This document shows positions 1 through 13,690 of a stretch of DNA of 64,000 nucleotides, piece after piece. The position numbers were made by a program, and so were the translations under genes. Location: assembly GCF_009914755.1 (NCBI RefSeq), contig NC_060932.1; one strand, 5' to 3'. Every line of letters starts with the position of its first letter. The first letter of the stretch is position 1. Below the pieces are notes generated by a model, which saw only the letters and a list, made by a program, of their open reading frames with translations, made no database searches and was not told where the DNA came from. This stretch comes from the human T2T-CHM13v2.0 reference genome, Homo sapiens.

Positions 1-1020
1 CACAATCAATTCTGCAGGAGGTGGGAGGGTAATAGAGGAGTTCATGCAGGATAAGGATCTTGGGTTGAATTTTGAAGGCTGACTAGGTGTTGGCAGCAGG
101 CTATAGAGGAAGGATGCACCACAGAGAAAGTGTGAGAAACATGCCAGGACTTCGTACCAGGAAATATCATCAGGAAATATCTCCTTAACTAATAGGAGTG
201 CCAGGTGCTCTTCTGGGTCAGTGAACAAAATAGACAAAAATCCCTAACCTGGTTGAGCTTATGTTCTTTGGGGGAGGACTAGCAATAATAAATGAATACA
301 TACAGCATGTCAAAAATAAGGGCTACACAAAAGAAAAACACAACAAAAAAAAGGGAACGTGATTAAGAGTGCTAGGGCTGTGGTGGTTCACAAGTTAACA
401 TAGGATGGTTGTCATGGTAAGGTGGTAGGAAATGGCCAAATGCTCACAGTTCCCCTTTTTTCTTCTTTTGCATACAAGAAGATCATGTTGCTCAGCCTTT
501 TCTGCAGTTAGACTTGGACAATCTGACTGGGTTCTGGTCCATAGAAAATAGTTGGAAGTGATGCATGCCACTTCCAGGCCTGGTCATCATGCCCTGAGTG
601 GCCATCCATGTTCTTTCTCCTTCTTCCACCATGACCTTGGCAGTCATGTGCTGGAAGTGAGATGAAAGAGCCCATATCTTTGAGTCACCAATTAAAAACT
701 GCATTAAAAAACTCTGAGTGTAAAACTAATATACATACTGAAGTTGCTGTCTACTCTCCTACCAATACCTTGTCCACTCTATGACCCACTTTCTACCTTT
801 TCTTCTACTATGTGTGTGTGTTTAAGGAGTTAGTGTGTTTAATATATAAAGAACTCATAAAAATCAACTAGAAAAATATTAACTCTGTAAGAAAAAATGA
901 GCAAAGGACTTACAAAGTAAAGCTACTTACAGAAATAAATAAATAAATAAAAACTCTATGTTCTACAGTTTCAAGTGAATAGAATCATAGAAGCCAAAAA
1001 TAAGCATATAGAAAAATTAA

Positions 1021-1378
<358 letters not shown>

Positions 1379-1536
1379 CAATCTGGCTCTGTCTTTAAAA
1401 TTAATATGTGCAGTGTTGCTGAGGACATCGTGAAATGGTTTTTACACACTGCTGACAAAAGCATACATTGATACAACCTTTCTGGAAGACAATTTAGCAA
1501 TATTTTCTATTATTTCAGAGCCTTAAAAATGTTTCT

Positions 1537-1840
1537 CCCAGGTGCAGTGGCTCATGCCTGTAATCCTAGTGCTTTAGGAGGCCACAGTGGGAGGATCATT
1601 TGAACGCGGGAATTTGAGATCAGTTTGGACAACATGATGACCCCCGTCTCTTCAAAGAAAAAAAAATTAGCCAGGCATGGCAGCCTGCACCTGTAGTCCC
1701 AACTACTCAGGAGGCTGAGATAGGAGGATCACTTGAGCCCAGGAATTTGAGGTTGCAGTGAGCTATGCTTATGCCACTGCACTCCAGACTGGGCAACAGA
1801 GCAAGGCCTTATCTCAACAAACAAACAAACAACAACAAAA
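1537..1840 (+). mobile_element. AluJ
   Basis: Dimeric Alu with J-type aggatcacttgagcccagga and a (CAAA)n-like tail. Confidence 0.9.
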
Positions 1841-2609
1841 CCTGTTTCTGCCTTTGATCTCATGGATAACACTTTCAGGAATTCAAATCAGCAGTGGTGG
1901 ATTCAACAACCTATGCATATAACAAAAGATTTTCAAAACTTCCTTAAGAACTGGAAATACCTTTATACTTTTTGCTGAGATAAACGAAATTCATTTTTCC
2001 AGTGGGCATGTGTTATTTTATAATAAATAACTCATTAAAAGTATTTAAAAGACTCTTCCTTTTTTTTTTCTATGTGTTGCATAGCTTCTTCTCAGATCCA
2101 GGAAAGGAGCTGTCCAGGACAATGAGGATAGGCTGAGGAAAGACAGGCCACGGCCTTGCCTCTGTGCCAGCTCTCATGGGCCAGGCAGAGTATCCCAGGA
2201 CAACTGCCTCCACAACCAGCTCCATCCTTCATCAGCAATTCAGTACCTGATTAACAAATCTGTACCCCAGGAGGTTATGCCAAGTCCAACTTCTTCCAGA
2301 GACCACAACAATAAATCCAAGCCACTGCTAATGTCATTTATAAGCTGTGGGATTAAAACAGAGAAGCAATCAATTAATTAAAATTAGCTCTTTATTGAAA
2401 CTATAAGCATCTTGCTTCCTAAGATTCTAGACCAAATAAGTGACCGCCAATTCTACTCTTATAGAATGAAAGAGTTTGCCATTTTTAATGTAATGAAATT
2501 TTTTCACTCTGAAATAAGATTAATTCAAAATGGTCTTAGCCTAAAAAAAATTATCTTTATTCACTAGGAAGAAAACACCTCTTATTACCTATGTTACATT
2601 TGTCAAGTT

Positions 2610-2757
2610 ACATTAGCAATCTGAGTCTTAGTCTCCATATTTGTAAAATGGAAAAAAATAATGTATCCCCCACCTGGCTATTGTGAAGATAAAGTAAGAG
2701 GACACATACCAAGTGCCTAATACAGGGCCTGGAATATGGAAGTACCCAGCAAATATT
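2610..2757 (+). mobile_element. MIR fragment
   Basis: Degenerate MIR core (tctccatatttgtaaaatgg...attgtgaagataaa). Confidence 0.65.
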
Positions 2758-3082
2758 CCATCTCTCCATTGGGCAAGGCAGTACTGGACAGTACCAAAAG
2801 GAGTATTAAAGGTGGGAGGAAGAAAATAAGATCTTGAAGCAGTCATACACAACAGAATTCCAAAGTTATAACCAAAAGGGGTTAGGTATGTTTTACAGAA
2901 AATGTTTAAGAAGGATAAGTGAAAAGTATTATGTAGATATATTTGTGTATGATACGCTTCTGTAATAGATACAATCTGAATATGAAATCAGAATTTCTGG
3001 GCTCCGGGAATCAGGGTTTTGATTTTTTTCTAAGAAAGATTGGTTTCTTCTGCTCCAGAATTTCATACAGATTAAATCCTAT

Positions 3083-3355
3083 AGCCAGGCACTATAGCTC
3101 ATACCTGTAATCTCAGCACTTTGGGAGGCCAAGGCAGGAGGATCCCTTGAGTCTAGGAGTTAAAGACCAGCCTGGGCAACATACTCAGACCCTGTCTCTA
3201 TGAAAAATTATTCAGGCGTGGTGGTGCACACCTGCAGTGAGGAGGTCGAGGTGGGAGAATGCCTTGAGCCCAGGAGGTTGAGGCTACTGTAAGCTGTGAT
3301 TGTACCACTGCACTCCAGTCTGGGTGACAGAGAGAGACCCTGTCTTAAAAAAAAT
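3083..3355 (+). mobile_element. AluJ
   Basis: Alu dimer with internal deletion, J-type features and an A tail. Confidence 0.9.
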
Positions 3356-3764
3356 CAGTGTGAAATCTCTTGCATAAGCCATCCTTTACCCAGCATAGTG
3401 ACTTTGCAATTTATTCACGTTATTGCATGCACCAGTGAATTACTCTTTTTTGTTGCTGAGAAGCATTTTATTGCATGAATATACTACAATTTATTTATCT
3501 ACGAATGGACATCTGGGCTTCTTTGAGAATTTGCAAGTTATAAAGGATACGGCTGCTAATGTTTTTGTTGAAGTCTTTTTGTGAACTAGAATATCTCTTT
3601 CTACTTTAATGAATGAGTCATCTTACCTTTAAATTGTCACCACTTCCACATCTTTCATTGCTAGTGATGCTGTGCATTTTCTTCCTCTGATAATAGAATA
3701 ATTATTAGAATAATTCCTCTGATAATAGAATAATCCCATTTCTTGTATACTTACTATAATGACA

Positions 3765-3858
3765 GGCTGTCTAATTTGTCCTCATAAGATTTCTGCAAAG
3801 TAGATATAATCATGCCCATTTTACAAATGAAGAAATAAGTGCAGGCTCATTAAGCAGT
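3765..3858 (-). mobile_element. MIR fragment (part left of the MER50 provirus)
   Basis: cccattttacaaatgaagaaa matches the reverse MIR core. Confidence 0.6.
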
Positions 3859-4079
3859 TGGATCTGTGGACTCTGAATTACTACTGAAGTTGGGGCCTCT
3901 AGGCCACAGTGTGGCTCTCTTGGGCTGTGACAATGGCTTCTGAGAAAACCACCTGGACTTGTCCTTTGCTCATGTCCTGGAGGGGCATCTAGACCTACAC
4001 ATTATGCATTTTTACCAATTTTAATTATTTTGGCTACAAGTTCCTTGCAGTTAGATTTGTGATGTATTTTTCTCAACAC

Positions 4080-4435
4080 GCTGCATATGGGCCCCTCCCA
4101 AATGATGACAGGCCATGGCATGTGGAGACAGCCCACCCTAATGGAAGAATCAGGAGAGAAGGGATGCAATCCTCTAGAAGTCTGCCTACATATAAGACCC
4201 CATGTCAAATGTTATACCATGCACTTGACTCTCTCAAGTTGCCTGCTTGGCCCTCTTCCAAGTATACTTTAATTTCTTTCATTCCTGCCCTAAAATATTT
4301 TAATAAGCTTTCATTCCTGCTCTAAAACTTGCCTCAGTCTCTCATTCTGTCTTATGCCCCTTGGTCAAATTCTTTCTTCTGAGGAGGCAAGCATCGAGGT
4401 TGCTGCAGACCCCTGTGGATTCACTGCTGCTAACA
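4080..4435 (+). mobile_element. MER50-type 5' LTR, 5'-truncated
   Basis: Aligns by eye with the 3' half of 9664-10398 and 25221-25933. Ends gctgctaaca; TATAA at 4191. Confidence 0.85.
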
Positions 4436-7400
4436 TACTTTTTTGCTGCATGACTCAGATACATTTCCTGGCAATAAGATACATCTAAGCCTCACCTTTT
4501 CTGTTTGCAGGCGTTCAACCCCTATAGAGAGTTTCCTTCTCTCCTTTTGCTCTCCTGCTTATTAACCAACCCTAAAAATTGTTTCTCTTGGCCACACTGC
4601 CTCTGCTCCCGCTGGCTGATGTCTCAGCTTACCCTCACCGGTGACTTGCAGGGGCGGGAAGAACCCTGGAGTCAATACCAAGTAGACCTGAGACACTACT
4701 GGCTTTTCTGGACAGGAGTGGTAGGGCTAAAGCCTAATACCATGCAATATCTGGGGTTTCCTCTGCTTTTTCAACTAAAATTGACTCTTTCCCAAAAACT
4801 CACACTGCTTATTCTTCTGTTCTCTCTGTGTGTATTCTAAAATGCCCTTGCACACTTACCAGACCATCTGCCTCAGGGGCAACTCTGACTCCTTTGCTTT
4901 CATTTTGAATGCCCTGTGACTTCTTAAATACACACTCTGTTATTTGTGTACCTGTGGCTCTTGTTGCATTTGCTTGACAGCAAATACATGGGCTGCCTTG
5001 CTGATATCCCCTGAGATTTATACTTGTTTCTATCCTGCCAGCTTGGAAGACCTGTCTGATGGTGCATTGCCAGAACAGACGCTAATCAGAACCCCAGCTC
5101 TCCTATTGCATCATCACTTACCACACACTTTTCATTCTTGTTATGCTCCAGGGCTAAATTGTTTGGTGGCTTTTGAAGCGGTTTGTCTGCCTGCATAGGG
5201 CCTTAAACAGTAGCCTTTTAAGGACCCCATCTATTTGCTTTATTTTTTTTTTTTTTGAGGTAGTACCTCTTTGAGAGGAGAAGAAATTCTTTCTTTGCCA
5301 TTTGCAGGTTCTTACCCTAAGCCCCAAGTCCTCCAGAGGTTACTACTTTATGTCAGGAGGGCAAATAAACGTTACCCTCTCGAGTCCAAAGGCTGCTGTC
5401 TTGGGGAGCATAGAAAGGCTTTCTGTGAGTATTCCTCTCGCTTCCTTCCATTTCCTATCATAGCCTTCGTTTCTCTAATCAATTCCATGCCCTTCTTAAT
5501 ATACATCAAGACCTTACAGTCCTATTCGAAGGGAAGGAAGTCCAGCCCCTTTGGAGCAGTTAGCTAAAAGGCAGGCTTCTCATCTACTTAAAGAACATGG
5601 GAAATGGAAATCTGAGAAAAGAGATCATTATTTTGTTGCTCAAATGCTCTGAGTGACGGTCATTCTAAGGTCATAGAGACAAGGATGGAGCCTGGCCAAA
5701 GGCCACAGGCACAAGAGACCCATAAGACAGAGATGAAGGTTTGTCCCAGGCTAACACATGACCATTAGAGCAGAGATGAAGGCAAGGTGAGAAGTACAAA
5801 ATAAGACTGGTTTATTCCAGAACCCCAAAGATAAAGAGGGGCCCGCCTTGTTCACTCCAGTAGGTTTTCTGTCCTCAAGTGGGTAATCATGATGAGATGG
5901 TACCAAGGTTAAGGGTACATGGTAAGACCAGTTCATTCCAGAAGGCTAAGGATGAATTTGGGACACCCCATTTGGGATAATAGAACAGTAAGAGGGGAGG
6001 CCTTCTTTTTCCTTTTTCCTTTATTTCTCCTCATTCTCCCTTTGCAGGTGGGTAATTCAATCTCCATACCACAGGCCATGCCCCTCAGATGAATCCTTAA
6101 GGACTGGGAAAAGTCTGATCACCTAAACAAAAGCTAGGTTTCCTTGGTAATACTGTTTGGCCTAAAAATGAACTGGGAAAAATTACAAAAGTCAACCTTA
6201 AAATCCAGGGTTCTTAAGCAGAAAATCCTCAAATTAGCCTCCTGAGTCTTTTGTAACCAAGATCAGAACAAGAAGGACAGGGCTAAGGAAAAAAACAAAT
6301 GCAGGGAGAAGAGGCAGTTTCAACTATTGGCTGCTCTGCTAGTCCAACAGCCCCCTCCAGGTTGACCTAAGGACACTCCTCCAGGTAACTGCAATCAGTA
6401 CAGGAAGCCAGGCCACTGGAAGGCAAACTGCCTAATGGGATAAATAAGAAGAAGTCCTGCATGGAATGCCCCCTCTGCCACAAGCTCAGCCACAGGAAAC
6501 AGGACTGCTCTGAGGGCTGAAGGGCCCTTGGGACAGAACCCCAATCTCTGATGGTTTTGAGCTGAAGGGACCCTCTGCTCCAGCTGGCTCCCAGATCAGA
6601 CATGGTCATCAATAGGACAAAGCCAAGGGCAACTCGAAGTGGCAAGTAAAATTGTGAATTTCTCTTTTGCATTTAAGAGCTTCTTACTCTGCTAATTTCT
6701 TTCTCTAAGCAATTCTCCTCCAAATCCGGCCCAATAATGGAGGCAAGTAGCACCCTCTCCCTCCAAAAGAAAAGATTCACACCCCTTTGGGGTGAAAATA
6801 TACTTTCCAAGATGGGTGCCTGCTCAATATTCACCCAACCTCTAAATTTCATCTCTCCCTCTAATAGTCCTATCTCTTCTGGGAAAGCAACCTAAATCTT
6901 TAAGCAATAACTTTAATTTGGATAATCTTACCTCAGTGGTTTAAAATAGCCCACACTCATTCAAATGTGCCCTAGCAATAAATCTAACCACGCAATCTCT
7001 TGAGGGTGGATAACTTCTATGGTATGCAGACAACCTCTTTACTTGCTCCCTCTTCACAGGACTCACACAGCAACATGCAGTACAAACCATAACTTCCTAA
7101 CAGAATGAAAATGACTTTTGTCTAGTTCAAAGATTATAAAGGTAAAGGTATTTCTGGGAAGAAAGGGTATAAAGAAAAGAGATTTTATATGAAAAAGGAT
7201 CCTGTATGGTAAATTTTTGTCCTACAGTAAAATAACTGGTTGTTTAGGAAAAGTCAGAAAGTCCAAGCATGTCATAGATGGTCTGGGTAAGTTAAAAACT
7301 CATGAAAGGGAATTTATAAAAGAAATCTTATACAATTTTAAAGATTATGAGATCTACTAAATGCTTCATAAGCTGTTACTGTGACTCTTAACTGTACAAC

Positions 7401-9025
7401 TTGTGTGCTTTTAAGCTATATAAGGCTGGAGGCATACAGAGTTACCCATGACCCCTAGCTATGCTAAAAAGTGTCAGAGATTGTCTGCATTTCTGTCTGG
7501 TGTCCTAGGGTCCACATTTAGTACATAACTAAAATAACTTACCAGGTTTTTCACCAAAAGTAAAAGTTAAAGTTGCTAAGAGTTAACAGTGTAACTGTAT
7601 TTAAGACTACTGGAAAAACAGTTTTACGTGCAAGGTGTGTAAGGAAAGTAGAATGTGCTTTTGGTAAAAGATTACAAGAAAGCATGAAAATGTGGGTTTT
7701 TCTGCTTAGTTTAGATGGTTAAAGGATTGTTTTAAGTAAGACAGAATAAATCTGAAGTTTTGAGTACTTTAGGAAAGGTTTGTGAAGGATTAATGTTGTA
7801 AAACAAATTCTGTTTGTAAACCTATTGGCTAAAGTTAAAGGGGTATTATTCAGTTTATCCATACATTGAACATTGGAAAAAAACACAATAATGTTTTCTT
7901 ATAACATTGCACTTCACTTAACCAATAATTGGAAATAGTTATAAAAGGTTTATGAGAATCTTACCTTATGGTCGAACTGATTAAGATTGAATAGATTTGT
8001 CTATAAGGTTTCATAAAGAATTGTGTTTAATATCAATAATATAGATGTGTTATTGATATGTGTTCCAAAATTATTTAAAACTCCAATTATTATGATATAT
8101 ATCACTATTAATTATCAGTAATATTTATAAGTGTTATGTTAAACTATTGTGTGCCACAGAAGTAACAAAGTTTCTTGTTAATTTTGTCTTTGACTGTGGC
8201 TTCCCTAAGACATTTTGTTATCCACAGACAATTGTTGTCTTATTTTGATTCTCTTTAAAAGGTAGTTTTAAAATTGGCTATAAAACTTTGACAGGTGCTT
8301 TGGCTGCAGGTTTCTGATAACTTTGGAGATTGTTACATCAAAATGAAGATGAAAGAAGTTTCAAGACTCTCTTGGAAAACAAATGTTCATAAATTTTGAG
8401 CAAAACAGGAATTAATTAACCAAAGTAAATCTTTTTTAATTTCTTGCTTAAAGCATTGCTTCTTTGTTTTGTTTTTTGAAGTCAAGAAAACTTTTCTTTT
8501 GAGCTATTTACAGCATTTAACAATAGAGTATTCCTGTAAATAATATTTAGAGCATATTTGTTTCACTCTACCTGATTTCTCTAGAATTTGGAAACTATTT
8601 GTGAGTATTCTTAACTTATGACAATATTGTTATTTGCACAAGTACAATAAGAATCTGTTTTCTTTTGTAACAGGACACAATTAGATAAACTGGTTATTTT
8701 ACCAAGGCTTTGACTGGAATGGCCTGCTTTCCTTTAAGGAATCAAATTTGACTTATAAAGCCCATAAAAGTCCCTTGGGAAAATTGGCCGAATTCATTGT
8801 CTACACAGTCCCTGTATGGGGTTTCTCACCTGTAGTAAGTAAAGAATGTCACTTTCTGACAAGTCCAGGAGCCTCAAGTTATCTTGGGACATCAAAATAA
8901 GAGGAATTTATCCAATTCATACAGGTATTTGATGGCACAAACCCATGGCTGGGCTTAAGGCTCTAGAAAGTCTTGTCTGAGATTCCTTATGAAAGGATGG
9001 TTCATCAAAGCCAATTTAAAAAGGA

Positions 9026-9070
<45 letters not shown>

Positions 9071-9663
9071 GATAATTATTCTTGCTGTTCTTTTTGCAAA
9101 TAATCAGGCCACATATAATAAGACTAGAGCTTATTATGTAGAGAAATCAGTCCTATCATAACTTGTTTTTAATAAAAATGAGAACTGGAGAGAAAAACAA
9201 TTATGTTAAAAAACTGTGGTACATCTGTTACTAGATTCTAGTCTTAACAGTTGTTTTTAATTTTGTTCTGCAATTTAGACTACCCCTGTTTATTCCTGTG
9301 AACCAACCAGTGATCTCTGGCTGCAGCTCAGAAGAAACAAGAGGAATGTGCTATCAAATTCCAGATGATCCTTAGTAAGGGATAACATTCTCTCAATATT
9401 CAAGAGTCACCCTTTTACAGGGGACCTTTAGACTGCCCATCAGTGGGACATGACAGAGGTGAAATCCTGCTCCTGTCTCACTTAGACCTGACCAGATACT
9501 GCTTTCAACAACCTATGGAGCCACTTTGCCCTGACAGCTAGCAAGAGGCCAAGACCCACAAAACAACCACCACCATGCCTTTGTCAACAGGAAGCAGTTA
9601 CAGAAGACTGAACTTCATCCATTGTCTTAAAGAATTGGACTGTTGTTCTCTTGAGAAGGGAGA
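4436..9663 (+). mobile_element. MER50-type (MER4-group ERV1) internal region, non-autonomous
   Basis: His-like primer binding site (PBS) ttgctgcatgactcagat near 4443. Gag matrix remnant at ~6045-6190. Two decayed zinc knuckles (CNQYRKPGHWKANC, CPLCHKLSHRKQDC) at ~6388-6510. Long AT-rich region with no pol; polypurine tract (PPT) gagaagggaga before the 3' LTR. Confidence 0.85.
9027..9068. repeat. (TA)n microsatellite
   Basis: About 20 TA units inside the ERV internal region. Confidence 0.95.
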
Positions 9664-10398
9664 TGTTACAGTAGGTAGCTAGTTAAACACAAGCAGGGTA
9701 GGAGAGACTCCCCTGGCAACCCACCACCAGGAATATCAGGCAATCACCAGGTGATGTTTAGGTGGTTGTTACACTGTCTCTCTAACACAATAATTGGTCA
9801 CAGCAAGCACTAGGAAAAGGCAGTCTTCCAGTAGATAGAAACACCTGAAGTTGGTGATCAGCAGCTTCCCAATAAGGTCTCAGAAGTTGGGAGAGTGGTC
9901 TCAACATGCACACTAAGAGGAAAAATGGTGGAGTTTAACTGGTATATGATCTTTCTTTGAGAACATTTGACTGGTAAGGGAGGAATTCTTCAAGTGAGCC
10001 TGTATACAACTACAGTAAACACACTGTGCATGTGGCCCCTATCAAATGCTGAGAGACCACTGCATATGTGAACAGCCCATCCTGAGGGAAGAATCAGAGG
10101 AGAAGGGATACAACCCTTCAGAAAAGTGCCCCCAAAGTCAAAGGTTAAACCACTCTCTTGACTCTGTCAAGTTGCCTGCTTCACCCTCTTCCAAGTATAC
10201 TTTACTTCCTTTCATTTCTGCCCTAATATTTTTAAATAAACTTTCACTCCTGCTCTAAAACTTGCCTCAGTCTCTCCCTCTTTCTCTCTCTCTCTCTCTC
10301 TGCATTATGCTGCTTGGTTGAATTTTTTTTTTTTTTTTTTTTGAGGAGGCAAGAATTGAGGTTGCTGCAGACCTGTATGGACCTGTCACTACTAATAC
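9664..10398 (+). mobile_element. MER50-type 3' LTR
   Basis: Starts tgttacagtaggtagctag right after the PPT. AATAAA at 10235; homologous to the 5' LTR. Confidence 0.9.
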
Positions 10399-10470
10399 TA
10401 AGTGAAGGAGTCATGGTACAAACTCAGGCCATCTGGCCCCAGAGCCAGCGCACACTTTGCCATTGTGCTA
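10399..10470 (-). mobile_element. MIR fragment (part right of the MER50 provirus)
   Basis: taagtgaaggag...aaactcaggccatctggccccagagcc continues the reverse MIR consensus. Confidence 0.5.
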
Positions 10471-12060
10471 ATTTCTTTCATTTTTCTTATTTAACTGGTC
10501 TAAATGCCTGCTTTGGTTCTCATTCTATCAGGGCGGGAGGTCTACCTCAAACAAGTCTAGCCTTCTTCCCAGCCTCCCTGGGTCCTCTAGCCCTCCTTTC
10601 CCTCTGTTATGGCTCAATCCCAATAAACTTGCCAAGGACCAGCCCTGTGGGGTTGGGGGTGTGTTTAGGGAGAGAGGGATGAGTGTGTTGAGGGGGTTGT
10701 CCATGCTGTGTTGAGGCATTCTCTACTCCTGCAGCCTCAGTCACAGGTCCCTGCAGGCCCCAGCAGTGGCATCCTTGCCCTTGACTGCAATATGGCTGGG
10801 TTCTGGCAGAAGAGTTTAGCTCCCTGCACCCTTCTTGGGTACTCTGTGAAGGCTTCCCTCTGCTCCTGTCTTCCCTGGGGTTCTGGAAGATTCCACCCTT
10901 GCTGCTTCATCCTGTGCACAACCACATCTGGTCCCCTGGCCTGTCATTGAGCTGGGCAAAGGGAATGCTATCTTCCTACCTTCTCGGGAATTACATGGGG
11001 ACAGGTCTTTGTTCACCTCTGATGTAGGATTCTTTAATCATATTTGGAATTTCTAGCATGATTTTCCTGAACATCCTTTTAAATCAGCCTTAAATTCAAC
11101 GTTTTGGGCAAAGAAAATGTAAGTTTGTGATCTCTTGGGCCCGCCATTGGCCTAAATAGGCCATTCTTTGCCACAGTGGAGCTACAGACTTCTCTTGCTC
11201 CCTGCTGTTTCCTGGTTCTTGGAGGGTGGAAAGGCCCCGAGGCTCTTGCACACTCTGAGGCAGAGAGGTCTGAGGAAGGCGGCCCAGGCTGCAGAACTTC
11301 TGGAGGCCTGTGGGGTGGCCCCTCTGGAAGTGGGCACTCATGAGAATTACAGCCAGAACTCAGGGCTCCAGGAATCTGGTCTGAGCCAGATAACAAGTCA
11401 CCTCTTATTTAGGTACAGAGGGGACCCTGGAGGTCATGAGGGTGGATGCCTGGAGACCAGGGGGACAGAACACTGCCCAGTAATTGTGAATCCAAGGCTC
11501 CACCTTCTTCACAAGCAGCACATATTCTAGAACCTAGTGGGATCTCAGGCCTGATAGGATGTGCCCTAGTCCTAGAACATTTAAGTTGTTGTAGTGAAAG
11601 GTATGTCAATTCAGAGACATGACTTAGGGATGGGTAAACTACTGCACAAGAAGGCAAATCCCCTGCTTCCCACCCTATCTGAGAGTGTTGTCCTGCAGCC
11701 ACTGACCCCAGATCTCCAGCTCACACCCAGTCTGTGTTATCTGCAGGGGGGACAGCTGCAGAGCTCTCTGCTCCTAGAAGCCAAGGGCAAGATTATTGAG
11801 ACCACAGGGCTGGGCCCTTGGCACTTGAGAGGTTCCAAGCACCCACACCTGAACTGCTGACCAGAGTGACTAGAAAGCATAAAGACTCCTTTTGTATCCA
11901 GGTCACCATCATGTTACCTTCTGCACCAGTCTGGCTCCTCTATGGTCCCCCATACAACCAGAATCATTCCTTTGCTCATGCCATTTCCCCTTCAATGAAT
12001 GCCCTCCCACTAGAAGAAGTCTAATGGACTACAGGTACGCAAGAGGTGGTGAAATGATAA

Positions 12061-12447
<387 letters not shown>

Positions 12448-12449
12448 TA

Positions 12450-13430
12450 ACAAGATGAACACCTCTGAAGCCACCATTTAGCCTGAAAGCTAGGGCCTTA
12501 GCAATGGCTGACATTGGCTGTGTGTTCCACCCCATCCCACCTGATCCCCGCCTTCTCCAAGGTAGTCAACGCTCTGAATCCCATGTACCTTCTTTCTGTG
12601 TTTTCCTTTTTCTTTTCTTTTGAGACAGGGCCTTGCACTGTTGCCCTGGCTGTAGTGCAGTGATGTGAACACAGCTTACTGCAGCCTCAACTTCCTGGGC
12701 TCAGTCAATCCTCTTGGTTCAGCCTCTTGAGTAGCTAGGACTACAGGTGCATGCCACCATGCCTGGCTAATTTTTGTATTTTTTGTAGAGACAGGGTTTC
12801 ACCATTTTGCCCAGGCCAGTCTTGAACGCCTGGGCTCAAGTAATCTGCCTGCCTTGGCCTCCTAAAGTGCTGGGATTACAGGCGTGGGCCACTGCACCTC
12901 TCCTATTTTCCTTTTCTGTCCTCTCATCTTACCTATTCCTTGGAGTCCTAAAATGTGTATATTACATTTTAACTCTCTTTACCTGCTTTAAGAAGGTGTC
13001 ATGCTGTTTGCAATGTTTTAGGACTTACTTTTCTTACTTAATAATAAGTTGATAGGCATTGTCCATACTGTTAGGGGTCACTGCAGTTCCTCTCTTTTGA
13101 CTACTGAATGGCACTCCATGGTAGGAACACCCCTCAGTTTGCTTATCCATTCTTCCATCAGTAGGCATTTGAACAGTCCTACTGTAAACATTTTTGTGTA
13201 AAAGTTTTTCTAAGGTATACATCTACGAGTGGAATTGCTGGGTCACTGTGTATGAGACTGTTCCTCTGAAGGCTGTTTAGCTATTTTCCTGAGTGGTTGA
13301 TTCCTTTATACTCCCACAGCCAACAGGTAGACAAGCTATGCACCACCTCTTCCCCAGCACTCAGCATGGTCAGCCTTTTCCATTTGTGCCACTGGAGTAG
13401 TGGTAAAATGGCATCTAACTGTGTCCTGTG
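12450..13430 (-). mobile_element. Old L1M 3' fragment interrupted by AluJ
   Basis: Reverse L1 3' motifs (ttatccattcttccatcagtaggcatttg, gagtggaattgctgggtca). Confidence 0.7.
12600..12899 (-). mobile_element. AluJ
   Basis: Reverse Alu with J-type cctgggctcaag motifs. Confidence 0.9.
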
Positions 13431-13444
13431 CCATTTCCTGCTCA

Positions 13445-13690
13445 TCTGTGCCTCAAGACCCAATTCATGAATGACTTTGCTAGAGAAGCCCTCCTTGACC
13501 AGCACACATGTCCCAATCTCTGTTTTGACAGCCACTTACTGTTTGATGTTTTCTGCTACCTCCCCACGGGGTTCTTCACCTCTTTACATCAGAGGATATC
13601 ACATTTCTTTTCTAACTCTTGTATCAGGTGCAAGGGCAGTGTGTTGTACATAGTAGATCCTTCAATCGATTATTTCTGTTTGAATAAAGC
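13445..13690 (+). mobile_element. L2 3' end fragment
   Basis: agaagccctccttgacc... ending acatagtag...tttgaataaa, like the L2 tail. Confidence 0.5.

Noticed and set aside
7100-9300. A-rich MER50 internal region as a second hypermutation case
   Set aside because: MER4-group internal regions are AT-rich anyway, and there are no coding motifs to polarise the changes without an alignment.
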